Assembly: GCA_963745025.1 (NCBI GenBank)
Contig: CAVUWD010000016.1
Span: 800,001 to 864,000 of the forward strand
DNA: 64,000 bases
From: an uncultured delta proteobacterium
GTDB taxonomy: Bacteria; Desulfobacterota; Binatia; JACPRU01
Direction: 5' to 3'
Shown here: in pieces, positions 54,020 to 63,930 of the stretch
How positions within the stretch are numbered: the stretch's first letter is position 1
Layout of the letters: each line of letters opens with the position of its first letter
The notes under the pieces: generated by a model
Told to the model about the DNA's origin: nothing
Seen by the model: only the letters and a program-made list of their open reading frames with translations
Databases searched by the model: none
Made by a program: the position numbers and the translations under genes

Positions 54020-56701
54020 CTAGGCCTGTCCCTTCAGTCGTTCGAGTCGCTTCTCGGCCTCGGCCACTTGCGGCCGAAGCTCATCGTCGCAGTCCTTCCA
54101 GAGCTCGAGGAACCGCGAGTAGTGGAAGATCGCCTTGTCACGGTTTCCAAGCTTCTCGTAGATCTCGGCGCGCCGCAGGTGAGACGGTGCGAGGTAGACT
54201 CGGTCATACAGCATCGACTCCTCGAGCGACGTGTACCAGGGGAGCGCGTCTTGGTCGCGACCCACGGCACGCAGCAGCTCGGCGCGCAGGTAACGGTCGT
54301 AGGGCCGAGAGAAGAACGCCGACCGGAACGGCGTCTCCCAGGCGATCTCGAGCCGAGTCTGTTCGAGAATGGCGAGGGCTTCGGCCGGCTTTCCGTCGAG
54401 CTGCGCCGCCTGTGCGCGCAAGCTTCCGGCGAGAGCGCGAGCGACGGCGGCAACGGTCGGTGATTCGACGGGTCGCTCGAGCTCTTCGGCGCTACGGAGC
54501 GCGCCATCGCGCTCCCCGAGACGGATGCTGAGAATCCCGAGGAGATAGGAGCGCAGTTGAGCGTGAATGCTGTCGTGGGGCGAGAACCAGTCTTCGGTCG
54601 CCTCGCTTACAGGGCTGGCAGGGGGGCTCCAGCGAGTCACCTCGTCGCGAAACTTCTCGAGCTCCACCCGCGGAAGCGGAAGAAATGGTGAGGCAGCGAG
54701 GAGCGCTCGGTATTCGAGTCCGATGCTCGGATCGAGATTTGCCGCGGCCTCGAGCTCGGCTTGTGCTGCGTTCCAATGCCCTTTCGTGAGAGCGAGGTGA
54801 GCGAGCTGGACGTGGCCGGTCGTCCGCACGGTCGAGGAACGGACGGGCTCGGTCATCAGCCGCGCGAGCGCCTCGCTGGCAGGCGCATTGTGCAGCATCT
54901 GAGCGAGTGGGGCGCCTCCGAGAGCGAAGTCGCTCGCCCGCCGGAGCTCGGCGACGATCCGTTCCTGACTCGCCTTGTCGCCGAATTGGAACGCTTGCAA
55001 CGTCCGAATGACCAGGGCGTAGTCGCTTCGCGAGTCGAGGGCGAGGTAGCGCCCGATCGACGATGAAAGCGCCGTCCATTTCTCTTCGGCTTCGTCGAGC
55101 TGACAGCTGAAGATCACCGCGTCGAGGCGTCCGGGATCGAGCGAAAGCTCGTGCTCAACCACGTCGCGAGCTTCCATGACGGAGCGGCCCCGGAAGGGAT
55201 TTTCAACCGCCAGCGTCCAACTGAGAACTAACCACGCTTCCCAATCGTCTCGGTAAGCGGCCAGGGTCTCGCGGGCACGACGTTCGGTAGCGTCGATGTG
55301 TCCGTTGATCCAGTCCGAGACCATCTCGACTAGGAGACGATCATGCTCCGACAAGCGATCTTTGAGGCGGATCGCCTGCGCGATGGCATGGCGCGACGCC
55401 TCGGTTTGCTGGGTATATCCCCCAAGCATGTAGGAAAGGCGGTAGTGGGCGAAGGCGAAATCAGGGTCGGCGGCGACGGCGCGGCGATAGGCTTCGATGG
55501 CCTCGGCGATTCGCCCGGCGCGAAAAGCGCTCTCGCCCTCTAAGAAGGACCTCAAGGCGGGAAACGAGTGCGTGGTCAACGCCGCCACGCGTGCAAGCTG
55601 CTCTCCGGGCCGACTCAAGCGACCGGCGAGAAGCTGGGCCGCCAGCTGGTCGACAAGGTCGAGAAGGTGACTCGTTTCGCCCTCGGCGTTCGCCTTCGTC
55701 ACGACGAGCGCTTTCTCGGCATCGTAAATCGATGCCTCGAGCTGCAAACGACCGGAGATCTCCAGGACGCTGCCGAGTACGAAGAGACCTGCGCCGAAAT
55801 GCTTGGCGACTCGCTGTCCGTGTTCGGGGTCGAGCGTCCAGCCGCCTTCGCGCTTGATGAAGCTCAGCAGCGAGTGCGGGTCCACCTGCCGGAGCTCCTC
55901 GGCGCCGTCGAGCTTGGTGCTGAGGAGTGTGACCATCCCTTCGGCGAGGTAGCCGAGATCCTTCCCGCCGCTCACGGAGAACGGGAAAACGGCCACGGCG
56001 GTTGGCGAGGCAGGCGGGAGATGCTCGGCCGATTTCAGACCCGCGACGTAGCGAGAGACGACCGGATAGCTGGCGACGATCCCGAGGAGCGCAAGTCCAA
56101 CCCCAAGGAGCCAGGCGCGGCGGCGCGGCTTCTCTTCGCGTTCCGCGGATACGCGCGCAGCGGGCTCGGTGGCTGCTCCCTGCTGGCCGTTCCCCACCAG
56201 CGCATAGACTCGGATCGGGCGGTTGACGTTCTTCAGGCTCTTCTCGCCGAGAAAGGTCGCGCGAATCTCGGGATGATTGCGAATGTCGTCGTAGACCCTT
56301 TCGGAGATGCACACGCCGCCGGGCTCCGCCAGCGCGTGAATCCGCGAGGCGATGTTGACTCCGTCCCCGATGATTCCCCCATTCGACACGACCACGTCGC
56401 CGATGTGAATTCCGATCCTCAGGCGTAGATCGGTGTCGTCGCGAAGCGCTTCCTGAATCTCGCGCGCACAGCTCACCGCCTCGACCGCGCTGTCGAAGCT
56501 CGAGAGGCTGCCGTCGCCCACGTGCTCGATGAGCTTGCCGTTGAACTTCGGGACCAGCCGACCGAGAAGCTCGCGGCTCCGTTCGAGCACCTGCCGCGCC
56601 CGCTGCTCGTCCTCGCCCATGAGGGCCGTGTAGGCCGCGATGTCGGTGAACATGATCGCGGCGAGCTTTCGGGTTTCGGTGGGCGTTGCTGGAATCGGCA
56701 A
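54020..56701 (-). CDS. class III adenylate/guanylate cyclase with TM helix, TolB-N-like and TPR domains
   Basis: RKLAAIMFTDIAAYT, GDG, RIGIHIGDV, GDGVNIASRI, AVAVFPF, TPRs. Confidence 0.88.
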   Translation of the reverse strand: MPIPATPTETRKLAAIMFTDIAAYTALMGEDEQRARQVLERSRELLGRLVPKFNGKLIEHVGDGSLSSFDSAVEAVSCAREIQEALRDDTDLRLRIGIHIGDVVVSNGGIIGDGVNIASRIHALAEPGGVCISERVYDDIRNHPEIRATFLGEKSLKNVNRPIRVYALVGNGQQGAATEPAARVSAEREEKPRRRAWLLGVGLALLGIVASYPVVSRYVAGLKSAEHLPPASPTAVAVFPFSVSGGKDLGYLAEGMVTLLSTKLDGAEELRQVDPHSLLSFIKREGGWTLDPEHGQRVAKHFGAGLFVLGSVLEISGRLQLEASIYDAEKALVVTKANAEGETSHLLDLVDQLAAQLLAGRLSRPGEQLARVAALTTHSFPALRSFLEGESAFRAGRIAEAIEAYRRAVAADPDFAFAHYRLSYMLGGYTQQTEASRHAIAQAIRLKDRLSEHDRLLVEMVSDWINGHIDATERRARETLAAYRDDWEAWLVLSWTLAVENPFRGRSVMEARDVVEHELSLDPGRLDAVIFSCQLDEAEEKWTALSSSIGRYLALDSRSDYALVIRTLQAFQFGDKASQERIVAELRRASDFALGGAPLAQMLHNAPASEALARLMTEPVRSSTVRTTGHVQLAHLALTKGHWNAAQAELEAAANLDPSIGLEYRALLAASPFLPLPRVELEKFRDEVTRWSPPASPVSEATEDWFSPHDSIHAQLRSYLLGILSIRLGERDGALRSAEELERPVESPTVAAVARALAGSLRAQAAQLDGKPAEALAILEQTRLEIAWETPFRSAFFSRPYDRYLRAELLRAVGRDQDALPWYTSLEESMLYDRVYLAPSHLRRAEIYEKLGNRDKAIFHYSRFLELWKDCDDELRPQVAEAEKRLERLKGQA

Positions 56702-56767
56702 GAGACCAGGCCTTCACGATCTTGACGTGGCCGACCTCACTTTTCGAGCGGCCGCAGGATGAGCAGA

Positions 56768-56935
56768 TCACAGGTGGAGCTCCTGCGCGACCTGCTCCGC
56801 GCGGATCGGCGCCCCGATCTCGAGGAACAGGCGGTGCGCCTCGCGGAGCTCGCGCTGGCGGGTGGAGTCGTCGCCGGTCAGGCGGGCGAGCTCGGCGCGC
56901 TCGACGTGGAGGACCGGCTCGTAGCTCTTCGCCCT
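56768..56935 (-). pseudogene. cyclase/TPR C-terminal stub
   Basis: KSYEPVLHVERAELARLTGDDSTRQRELREAHRLF, a near copy of the 45958 stub. Confidence 0.7.
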
Positions 56936-57246
56936 CGAGCGCGGAGATCCACGAAGGGGCCACAAACCGCTTTCGAGGTCAACCGCACCCGTTGGACGCG
57001 ATCGCTCCGCCGCTCGTGTGCCGCTACCTCTTCAGAAGCCCAACTCAGCCGCTGGTGACCACTCTTTGTGCACGCCGAAAAGATGCACGCGGCGGTCAGT
57101 CTTTCGTCATGCCAAGCTGAGTGTGCGCGGAGCGTTTTCAGGAACGGTCCAACATTCACCCGGGCGTTTCTAAAACGCTATGCGTTCCCTTGCGAATTGA
57201 CTTGCGTTACCGATAGTACGTTGCTCGACCTAAGGAAGGAAATTAC

Positions 57247-58497
57247 ATGAAGGCTCGAATCTCACCACTACTTCCCGAACAATTTGGCCCTCTCCAAGGG
57301 CTTCGTATCCTTTCCACTGGTAGTCTCATCGCGCAGCCCTATGCGGCGACGCTGGCAGCGGAGATGGGAGCTGAGGTCATCCAAGTTGAACGCCCAGGTG
57401 AGGGCGACGCCGCCTGGCGCCATTTAGGCCGACAACTGCCGACGATAGACGGCAAAGGAAAAATTGCCACCACCTGGATTCAAGAACGCCGTAACGAGTT
57501 CTATATAGCCCTGGATATGAGCAAACCCGACGGCAAAGACCTCTTCCTTCGTTTAGTCAAGTGCTGCGATATATGGATGGAAAGCTCAAAACCGGGCTCC
57601 TACAGCAAGTGGGGGCTTGCCGATGACGTTGTTCTACAAGCAAATCCTCAAATTGTCATTACACATGTGTCTGGATACGGGCAGAGTGGCCATCCAGACT
57701 ATCTGGGACGCGCCTCCTACGACATGATTGGGCAGGCCTTCGGCGGTCTTATGCATCAGACCGGGTTTCCCGACCCAGCCCCACCCGTCCGGGCCAACCC
57801 GTGGACTGCGGATTACATTACCGCGTCGTTCTGCCTGTGGTCCTCACTCGCTGGCTATATCTACGCCCAGCGCACGGGCAAAGGTCAGGCCATTGATGTC
57901 TCACAATTTGAGGCAATTCACCGCCTCCTCTCTGGCACGATGGTCGAGTATTTTGCCGATGGCTTCGTCCGTGGTCGGTCGGGAAACAAAGCAACGGCGT
58001 TCCAACCCTATGACGCGTTCCAGGCTCAGGATGGGTGGGTCGTCATCGGTGCCGTCGGGCTTGCGGTCTTTTCGCGCGTCTGTACCCTCTTAGGATTAGA
58101 CCCCAAAGATCCCAAATGGCAAGTCGCTTGTACAGATATCAATTCATCGGAGGGAATCGAATTTGATGCGCTGCTGCGGGGGTGGGTCGCCGAGCGTCCA
58201 GTCAAAGAAGTCGTCGAGATCATGAACGCTGCGCAAGTCGCGTGTTGTCGAATCATGACGGCGAAAGACATGGCGGAAGATCCGCACTACCAAGCCCGCA
58301 ACGTTCATGTCGAATGGGAGGATGGGCAAGCGGGAAAAGTCAAAGGCACCGGAATTACACCGAGGTTCTCACTCACTCCCGGAAAAATCTGGCGTGGATC
58401 AGTCCCCGTCGGGCACGACAATGATAAAATTTACAAACATTTGGCAGGACTGACCGAGCAGGACCTTGCACGACTCAAAGAAGCGGGAGTCATTTAG
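57247..58497 (+). CDS. class III CoA-transferase (CaiB/BaiF family)
   Basis: GPLQGLRIL, LAAEMGAEVIQVE, SGYGQSG, YDMIGQAFGG, ADY. Confidence 0.9.
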   Translation: MKARISPLLPEQFGPLQGLRILSTGSLIAQPYAATLAAEMGAEVIQVERPGEGDAAWRHLGRQLPTIDGKGKIATTWIQERRNEFYIALDMSKPDGKDLFLRLVKCCDIWMESSKPGSYSKWGLADDVVLQANPQIVITHVSGYGQSGHPDYLGRASYDMIGQAFGGLMHQTGFPDPAPPVRANPWTADYITASFCLWSSLAGYIYAQRTGKGQAIDVSQFEAIHRLLSGTMVEYFADGFVRGRSGNKATAFQPYDAFQAQDGWVVIGAVGLAVFSRVCTLLGLDPKDPKWQVACTDINSSEGIEFDALLRGWVAERPVKEVVEIMNAAQVACCRIMTAKDMAEDPHYQARNVHVEWEDGQAGKVKGTGITPRFSLTPGKIWRGSVPVGHDNDKIYKHLAGLTEQDLARLKEAGVI

Positions 58498-58636
58498 TCG
58501 AACATGACTGAAGCAACCTAGAATCCCCAGTTGTACGAAGGCAGGAGTGCTAAGTGCGCCTTACCACTCAACAGTGCCTCTCGGTCGCTACTCTGGCTTC
58601 CGACGCCCTATTTCCGCCGCGAATGTCGCCGCTTCT

Positions 58637-59554
58637 CTATCGAAATTCCGGAGCGACTTCTTCGGCGAACAGCCGAACGTTCGCCGGGACGTCTTCCGGT
58701 TCGCATACCCAGCTGATTACGACGGTCCGAACGCCGGCATCGACGTACTGCCGGATTCGTTTGCGGCAGTCTTCCGGCGTGCCGGACAGCGTGTACTTCG
58801 CCGCGAGACTCGAAAAATCCTGCGCGTAGTTCCGCCCGAGCGTTTGCGCCGCCTGGTCGATCGCGTCCTCGCGATTCGCGGAAATCGAACCGAAGATGTA
58901 CAGGCCCGTCCGAACGTCATTCCCCTCGCGACCGAGCTCTCTGCGAAACTGCCGAATCTTGCCGACGCTCTCGTGGACCATCTCCGGCGTGTACATGTAC
59001 GGAAGCCATCCGTCGCCGTACTTCGCTGCACGGCGCATCGCCGGCTCCTTGCGGCCTGCCACCCAAATCGGCGGAAGCGGCTTCTGCGCAGGCGGCGGGG
59101 CCAGCGTCACTCCGGTGAATCGCGAGTAGCGGCCCTCGAAACTGACGCTCTGCTCGGTCCACACCTTCGTGATGACCTCGAGCGCTTCGTTCGCGCGTGA
59201 GCCGCGCTCCTTCACGGGAACGCCGCATGCCTCGAATTCCTTCGGAAATTCGCCGCCGATGCCGATCCCCATGTGGTAACGGCCACCGGAAGCGACATCG
59301 AGCACCGACGTCTGTTTTGCCAACACCATCGGGTTGTACAGCGGCAGCAGCACCACCGAGCTCATGAGCCTGATCTTGGTCGTGACACCGGCGGCGACCG
59401 AAAGGCCGATCAGCGAGTTACCGGTCGGGCCGTGAAACATCATGTGCTCGCCGCAGCCGAGGTAGTCGTAATCGAGCACCTCGGCATTCAGGGCGAACTC
59501 GGCGATACCTTTCACCGAAGGGAGGGTGACTCCAAATTCGACGCGGTCCATCAT
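58637..59554 (-). CDS. LLM-class flavin/F420-dependent oxidoreductase
   Basis: GEH, PMVLAKQTSVLDVASGGR, PPIWVAG, RRAAKYGDGW. Confidence 0.9.
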   Translation of the reverse strand: MMDRVEFGVTLPSVKGIAEFALNAEVLDYDYLGCGEHMMFHGPTGNSLIGLSVAAGVTTKIRLMSSVVLLPLYNPMVLAKQTSVLDVASGGRYHMGIGIGGEFPKEFEACGVPVKERGSRANEALEVITKVWTEQSVSFEGRYSRFTGVTLAPPPAQKPLPPIWVAGRKEPAMRRAAKYGDGWLPYMYTPEMVHESVGKIRQFRRELGREGNDVRTGLYIFGSISANREDAIDQAAQTLGRNYAQDFSSLAAKYTLSGTPEDCRKRIRQYVDAGVRTVVISWVCEPEDVPANVRLFAEEVAPEFR

Positions 59555-59705
59555 CAGGCCCCGAGAATCCTACCGCGCCGTCGGGAGGTTTCGCCAGATG
59601 TCCCGGACCAGGGTTCGTTGCCCGCGCTTAGGCTGCTACACGGCGCCGAGCTACACAGACCTAAGATCTTCTGCAGCTCGCCGCTCGCGGGCGGGGTCAT
59701 CTGGG

Positions 59706-59772
59706 CAAAAAAAGAAGGGCGAGCGACCGAGAGGACGGTAAAGTCCTCTCGGTCGTGAAGGCTGTGTCGCCC
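59706..59772 (-). terminator. strong hairpin with T-run (intrinsic terminator-like)
   Basis: 13-bp perfect stem CGACCGAGAGGAC/GTCCTCTCGGTCG; T7 run on the minus strand. Confidence 0.6.
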
Positions 59773-60136
59773 CTGGCCGCATAACAGCCCCCTTGAACCC
59801 TTCCTCGGTTATCAGGAGTCCGGTCTCGCACTGTCGGCGCGAAAACACGGCCGGTAGCCGCGGATGAAGCAACGAGAATGCCTGCGTAGCAGGTATCGTG
59901 GACCGCAATACCCGTCGAGGGAGGACGCGTACCCGATGCCGTTGACGATGACCGGCGGGAGCAGCTCCGCCCGCATTTCTTGCAGCGCGCCCCGATCGCG
60001 TAGAAGATCGCGCGCATGACCAAACTTCGCACGCAGCCGCTGTCAGGGCGGGGCGATCTCGACGTGACAAAGCAAAGCTACGTAGAGGCCGTCCGTGGCG
60101 GATGACAGCGCACGCAGGCGCCGGAATGGTGCCGCG

Positions 60137-60330
60137 ATGGAGTTTACCGCGACCCAGCTCGACGCCATCAACCACGCGACGGGGAACCTGCAGCTCATCG
60201 CCTGCGCGGGCTCCGGGAAAACGGAGGTCGTTGCCCGCCGGGTGGCTCAGCTGCTCGGCAAAGGCGCGAAGGGTGGTCTCGGACCGGCCAACATCGTCGC
60301 CTTCACGTTCACCGAGAAGGCCGCCGCTGA
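60137..60330 (+). pseudogene. UvrD-like helicase N-terminal stub
   Basis: MEFTATQLDAI..IACAGSGKTEV..IVAFTFTEKAAAE. Confidence 0.8.
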
Positions 60331-60767
60331 GCACGGCTGCGATACACGAAACGGCGATCCTCACTCGCGAAGTCACTACGCGCTCCCCGCCGCTTGTCAC
60401 GACGATCCGCCAGCGAGGGGTGAAGGCATCGCTTTCGCGATCAGGAATCAAATCATCCCAGAGCGCAGGTATTTCGGACAAGCGCAGGACGTACTCTCGA
60501 TCGGCCATGGCTTCGCAGTACCTCCGTTCGGCTCCCCAATACCTCATAGCCAAATCGGGGAAGCTTCGCCTCCGATTTACAACCAGATGCGCCATACTCC
60601 CCTCGTCTTCGACGAGGCCCGCCGCTCCTCACCCGCCGGCCTAATCGCCGGACCTGAGCGGCATTTCGTCGCTTCAAATTGGACCCACAGGGTCCAATTC
60701 GGGACCTTTCGCCCCCGTTTACGACCGCCGCCGTCCTGAAAAGCCTTGATTTTTCGGAGCGACGGGC

Positions 60768-60794
60768 GGGTTCAAGTCCCCCTCCTCGCACTTC
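60768..60794 (+). repeat. attR: duplicated tRNA-Leu 3' end
   Basis: 27/27 identity with 24101-24127. Confidence 0.92.
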
Positions 60795-60939
60795 CAAGTC
60801 CTCGGTTTTACTCGACCGATCAGAGGCACCGGGGACAGATCCGCCGGACCGGGGACAGATCTCGTCTTTATCGGTCCCAACGAACAACCTCGGCCGCCTC
60901 CCCGGCAAAGCCGGGGGGACTCTCCGGATGGACTCGCGG

Positions 60940-61116
60940 GCGTACGGGGTGAAACCGGAGAACAGCTACCGGGTCACACTCGAGCGGGGACGGCTCAGGT
61001 GGACGGCCAGCGACGGCGGGACGGTTCGGGTGTACACGAAGGAGCCCGAGACCAGCTGGTGGATGCGCTTGAAAGCCGATGCGCTGGGCATCCTGCCGAT
61101 CCATTCGATCCTGTGA
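60940..61116 (+). pseudogene. phospholipase D (ClsC-like) C-terminal stub
   Basis: PENSYRVTL..LRW..YTKEPETSWWMRL..LPIHSIL*. Confidence 0.55.
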
Positions 61117-61258
61117 GGTCCGATAGGCAGGATAACCCTGGGAAGTGACGGAGCATCCCCCCTTCTCGGACGCGGCCGCCCTTCCCCTGGTCGCCCCGGC
61201 TGACGCGGCTCCCTTCTTGGGACGCCGGCGATGGCTCGTCCCAACAAGAGCGAACGAT

Positions 61259-61729
61259 TCAATCGCCGGAATCGCGACGTCGAGTTCGCCCCGCGACGAT
61301 CGCGTCGGCCTGCGATCGAATGATGTTCTGCAGGATGGCCGTCAGGGCCGCCGCGGTCATCGACATCATCAGTACGCCGTTGGCCGCTTCGAGCGGACCG
61401 AGCAGCTTCCACTCCTGCTTCATCACGACGTCGCCGTAGCCGAGCGACGTGAAGTTCACCGCCGAGTGGTAGATCGCCGGATAGAGCTCCTCGAACTCGC
61501 CCAGCCAGACGAACAGGCACCCCCACAGCGCGATCTGAAGCACGTTGGCGATCATCATCGCCAGCATGGAAACGGCCAGCGGCCGGATCGCTTTCAGCCA
61601 GCCGGTGCGGCTCGGGTCGTGGTCGGTCTGCCGGGCGCAATACCGGACGCACCAGAAGACGACCGCGACCTGCACGATGAGGCAGAGCAGCATGGCAGGC
61701 ACACCGACGACGAGGTTCCTGAGCGTCAT
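61259..61729 (-). CDS. potassium-channel-family (Ion_trans_2) protein
   Basis: YHSAVNFTSLGYGDVV..LGPLEAANG. Confidence 0.85.
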   Translation of the reverse strand: MTLRNLVVGVPAMLLCLIVQVAVVFWCVRYCARQTDHDPSRTGWLKAIRPLAVSMLAMMIANVLQIALWGCLFVWLGEFEELYPAIYHSAVNFTSLGYGDVVMKQEWKLLGPLEAANGVLMMSMTAAALTAILQNIIRSQADAIVAGRTRRRDSGD

Positions 61730-62772
61730 GTCGTTTCCTCCTGTTGCCGGTGCAGCACGGGAGCTCCGGGTGGATGGCCGGGACGGAAGCGCTCGAGCAG
61801 CCGGATCGTGCTCCACGCGTAGAGCGCGACGCCCACGAAGAGGCAGACGCGCATGACGGAGCCCTCGACGACGCTCTTGCCGCTGGCGCTGTCTTCGATC
61901 GCCGGGCCGAGCAGCAGGAAGGTGGTGATCAGCGCGTTGCTCCAGAACGGCGGCCGCCACTTCGTGCGCCGGACACCGAACATCGCCGAACCGATCCACA
62001 GGGCCGCCGCCATCAGCCACAGCATCAGCATCCAGAGGCTGGGCCAGATGGACAGTCCCGTCCACACGGCCGCCGCAACCGCGGCGCCCATCAGCGTTGC
62101 ACCGACGAGCTCGCGGCCGGCCGAACGCGCGTCGGTCTCGCCGGCCTGCTGCGCGAGCGCAACGGTCTTCATCACCGCGGCGAGATAGAACGACGGATCG
62201 GTCAGCGCGAGGACGAAGACGGGCATGACGATCAGCGTGGCACGCAGTGCGATCCAGGCGGCTTCGTCCGGCGAGGGGCGCGCCGCGCCGCCAGCCGCTG
62301 CAGCCGGCGCCGGCGGATCGGGGAACAGCGAGTGGGAAACGGCGCTCACCAGCACGCCGACACCGACGCCAACCGCGAGCGTCACGCTGAGCTGTCCGAC
62401 CAGCGCCTGCTCCGCGACGCCGGCCACCGGGATCAGCGCGAACGACAGCACGAGGATCGCGGTCAGCGGATTGCCGCTGGTCAAGCCGACGAAGAAGATC
62501 GAGTGGAGCACGACTGCCGTCATCAACACGGCGGCAAACGCATAGTGCTCGAGCAGTGGGACCATCACGATCCCCATCGCCACCAGCACCGCGAACAGCA
62601 GCGCGACGACGAGGCCTTTGACGAGCGGCAGCGGTGGACCCGGTCTGCTCAGCACGAGCACCGACATCACGCAGACGACGTACGGAACGGGCAGCGCCAT
62701 CCCGTACGCGACGAGAACGGCAAGGCCGAGCCCGATCGCCAGTCGCAGAGCCGCCTTGTCGCCCCGATTCAC
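61726..62772 (-). CDS. DUF2955-family inner membrane protein
   Basis: Polytopic membrane ORF (LRLAIGLGLA..) directly downstream of a HlyD gene, the usual DUF2955 context. Confidence 0.7.
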   Translation of the reverse strand: MNRGDKAALRLAIGLGLAVLVAYGMALPVPYVVCVMSVLVLSRPGPPLPLVKGLVVALLFAVLVAMGIVMVPLLEHYAFAAVLMTAVVLHSIFFVGLTSGNPLTAILVLSFALIPVAGVAEQALVGQLSVTLAVGVGVGVLVSAVSHSLFPDPPAPAAAAGGAARPSPDEAAWIALRATLIVMPVFVLALTDPSFYLAAVMKTVALAQQAGETDARSAGRELVGATLMGAAVAAAVWTGLSIWPSLWMLMLWLMAAALWIGSAMFGVRRTKWRPPFWSNALITTFLLLGPAIEDSASGKSVVEGSVMRVCLFVGVALYAWSTIRLLERFRPGHPPGAPVLHRQQEETT

Positions 62773-62781
62773 GGCTCGCTC

Positions 62782-63930
62782 TCAGTAGAGGTAGGTCAGC
62801 CAGCTCGCGACGCGGATGTAGATCGCGCCGAGCAGGTTCATCACCGGGTTCCCGGTCGCGTAGACGAGGACCTCGGCCTGGCCGCCGACGCGCGCGATCT
62901 TCAGGCGCGGGATCTCGTCCGGGTCGAATTCGATCGAGACCGGAATGCGCTGGGCCTGCCGCAGCCAGTCGCGGTCGTTCTGCACCGTCGGCAGCGAGCC
63001 CGACGACGACGGCTGGCCGCTGTCCACGCCGCGGCCCACGCTGCGGACGCGGCCGCTCAGCACCTCGCCGGGAAGCACGTCGAGGACGATCGCGGCTTCG
63101 TCGCCGACGTCGATGTGGCCGAGGTTGTTCTCGGTCATGTCGGCGGTGATCCACAGGTCGTGGGTGGCGATCAGCGTCATCACCGGCGCGCCGGCCTGGA
63201 CGAAATGTCCGACGTCGGTGCGCAGGTCGGTGACCATGCCGCGCGCCGGGGCGAGCACACGGGTGTTCTTGCCGGGGCGAGCACGCGGGTGTTGGCGAGG
63301 TCGAGCTCGGCCTTTTCGAGCGCGGCGCGAGCGGCCTTGATCTGTGCGTTGTCGTCACCGGCTTCGCCGGCAGCTTCCAGCGCCGCTCGCAGCTCGGCCT
63401 CGCTTCCGCGAACCTTGCTGCGCGCCTCCTCGCGCGTCGCCTGCGCGATCTCGAGGCGGCGCACCGAGATCGCGCCGGGATCCTCCCTGTACAGCCGCTC
63501 CTGACGCTCGGCGTCGCGCTCGGCCATGTCGCGATTGGCTTCGGCCGCCTCGAGCGCCGCGCGCGCTCCTTCGACACCGGCGCGGGCTGCATCGACGGAG
63601 TGGCGCGCGGTGGCGTAGCTCGCGCGGGCGCTCTGAAGAGCGATCTCGTACGGCCGGGGATCGATGTCGAACAGCGGCTGACCGGTCTGCACTTCGTCGT
63701 TGTCGCGGATGTGGACCTTGACGACGTTGCCCGCCACTTCGGCGGCGACCGGCACCACGAATGCCTGGATGCGCGCCTGAGACGTGCACGGCGTCAGCCG
63801 GTCGCCGACGATGTACAGGACGAGGCTCGTCACGATGAGCACGGCGAGAACGATGGCGCCCTTGCGGGTGCCGCTGCCGGCTTCGGAATCGACCGGCTGA
63901 GAAGGCGTCGAATCAGCTGTCGTCGTTCAT
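62782..63930 (-). CDS. HlyD/EmrA-family membrane fusion protein (frameshifted by a 26-bp duplication)
   Basis: DRLTP.TSQARIQAFVVPVAAEVAG, LFDIDP, ADMTENNLG, WLRQAQRIPV. Confidence 0.85.

Larger units (their letters stand above)
24101..60794. mobile_element. ~36.7-kb decayed genomic island integrated in tRNA-Leu(GAG)
   Basis: Exact 27-bp direct repeat GGGTTCAAGTCCCCCTCCTCGCACTTC at 24101-24127 and 60768-60794; integrase stub beside the left end; IS and gene fragments inside. Confidence 0.88.

Noticed and set aside
39398-60330. Intact anti-phage defence system from the FAD-oxidoreductase and UvrD pieces
   Set aside because: Both are short isolated stubs far apart, with no partner genes.
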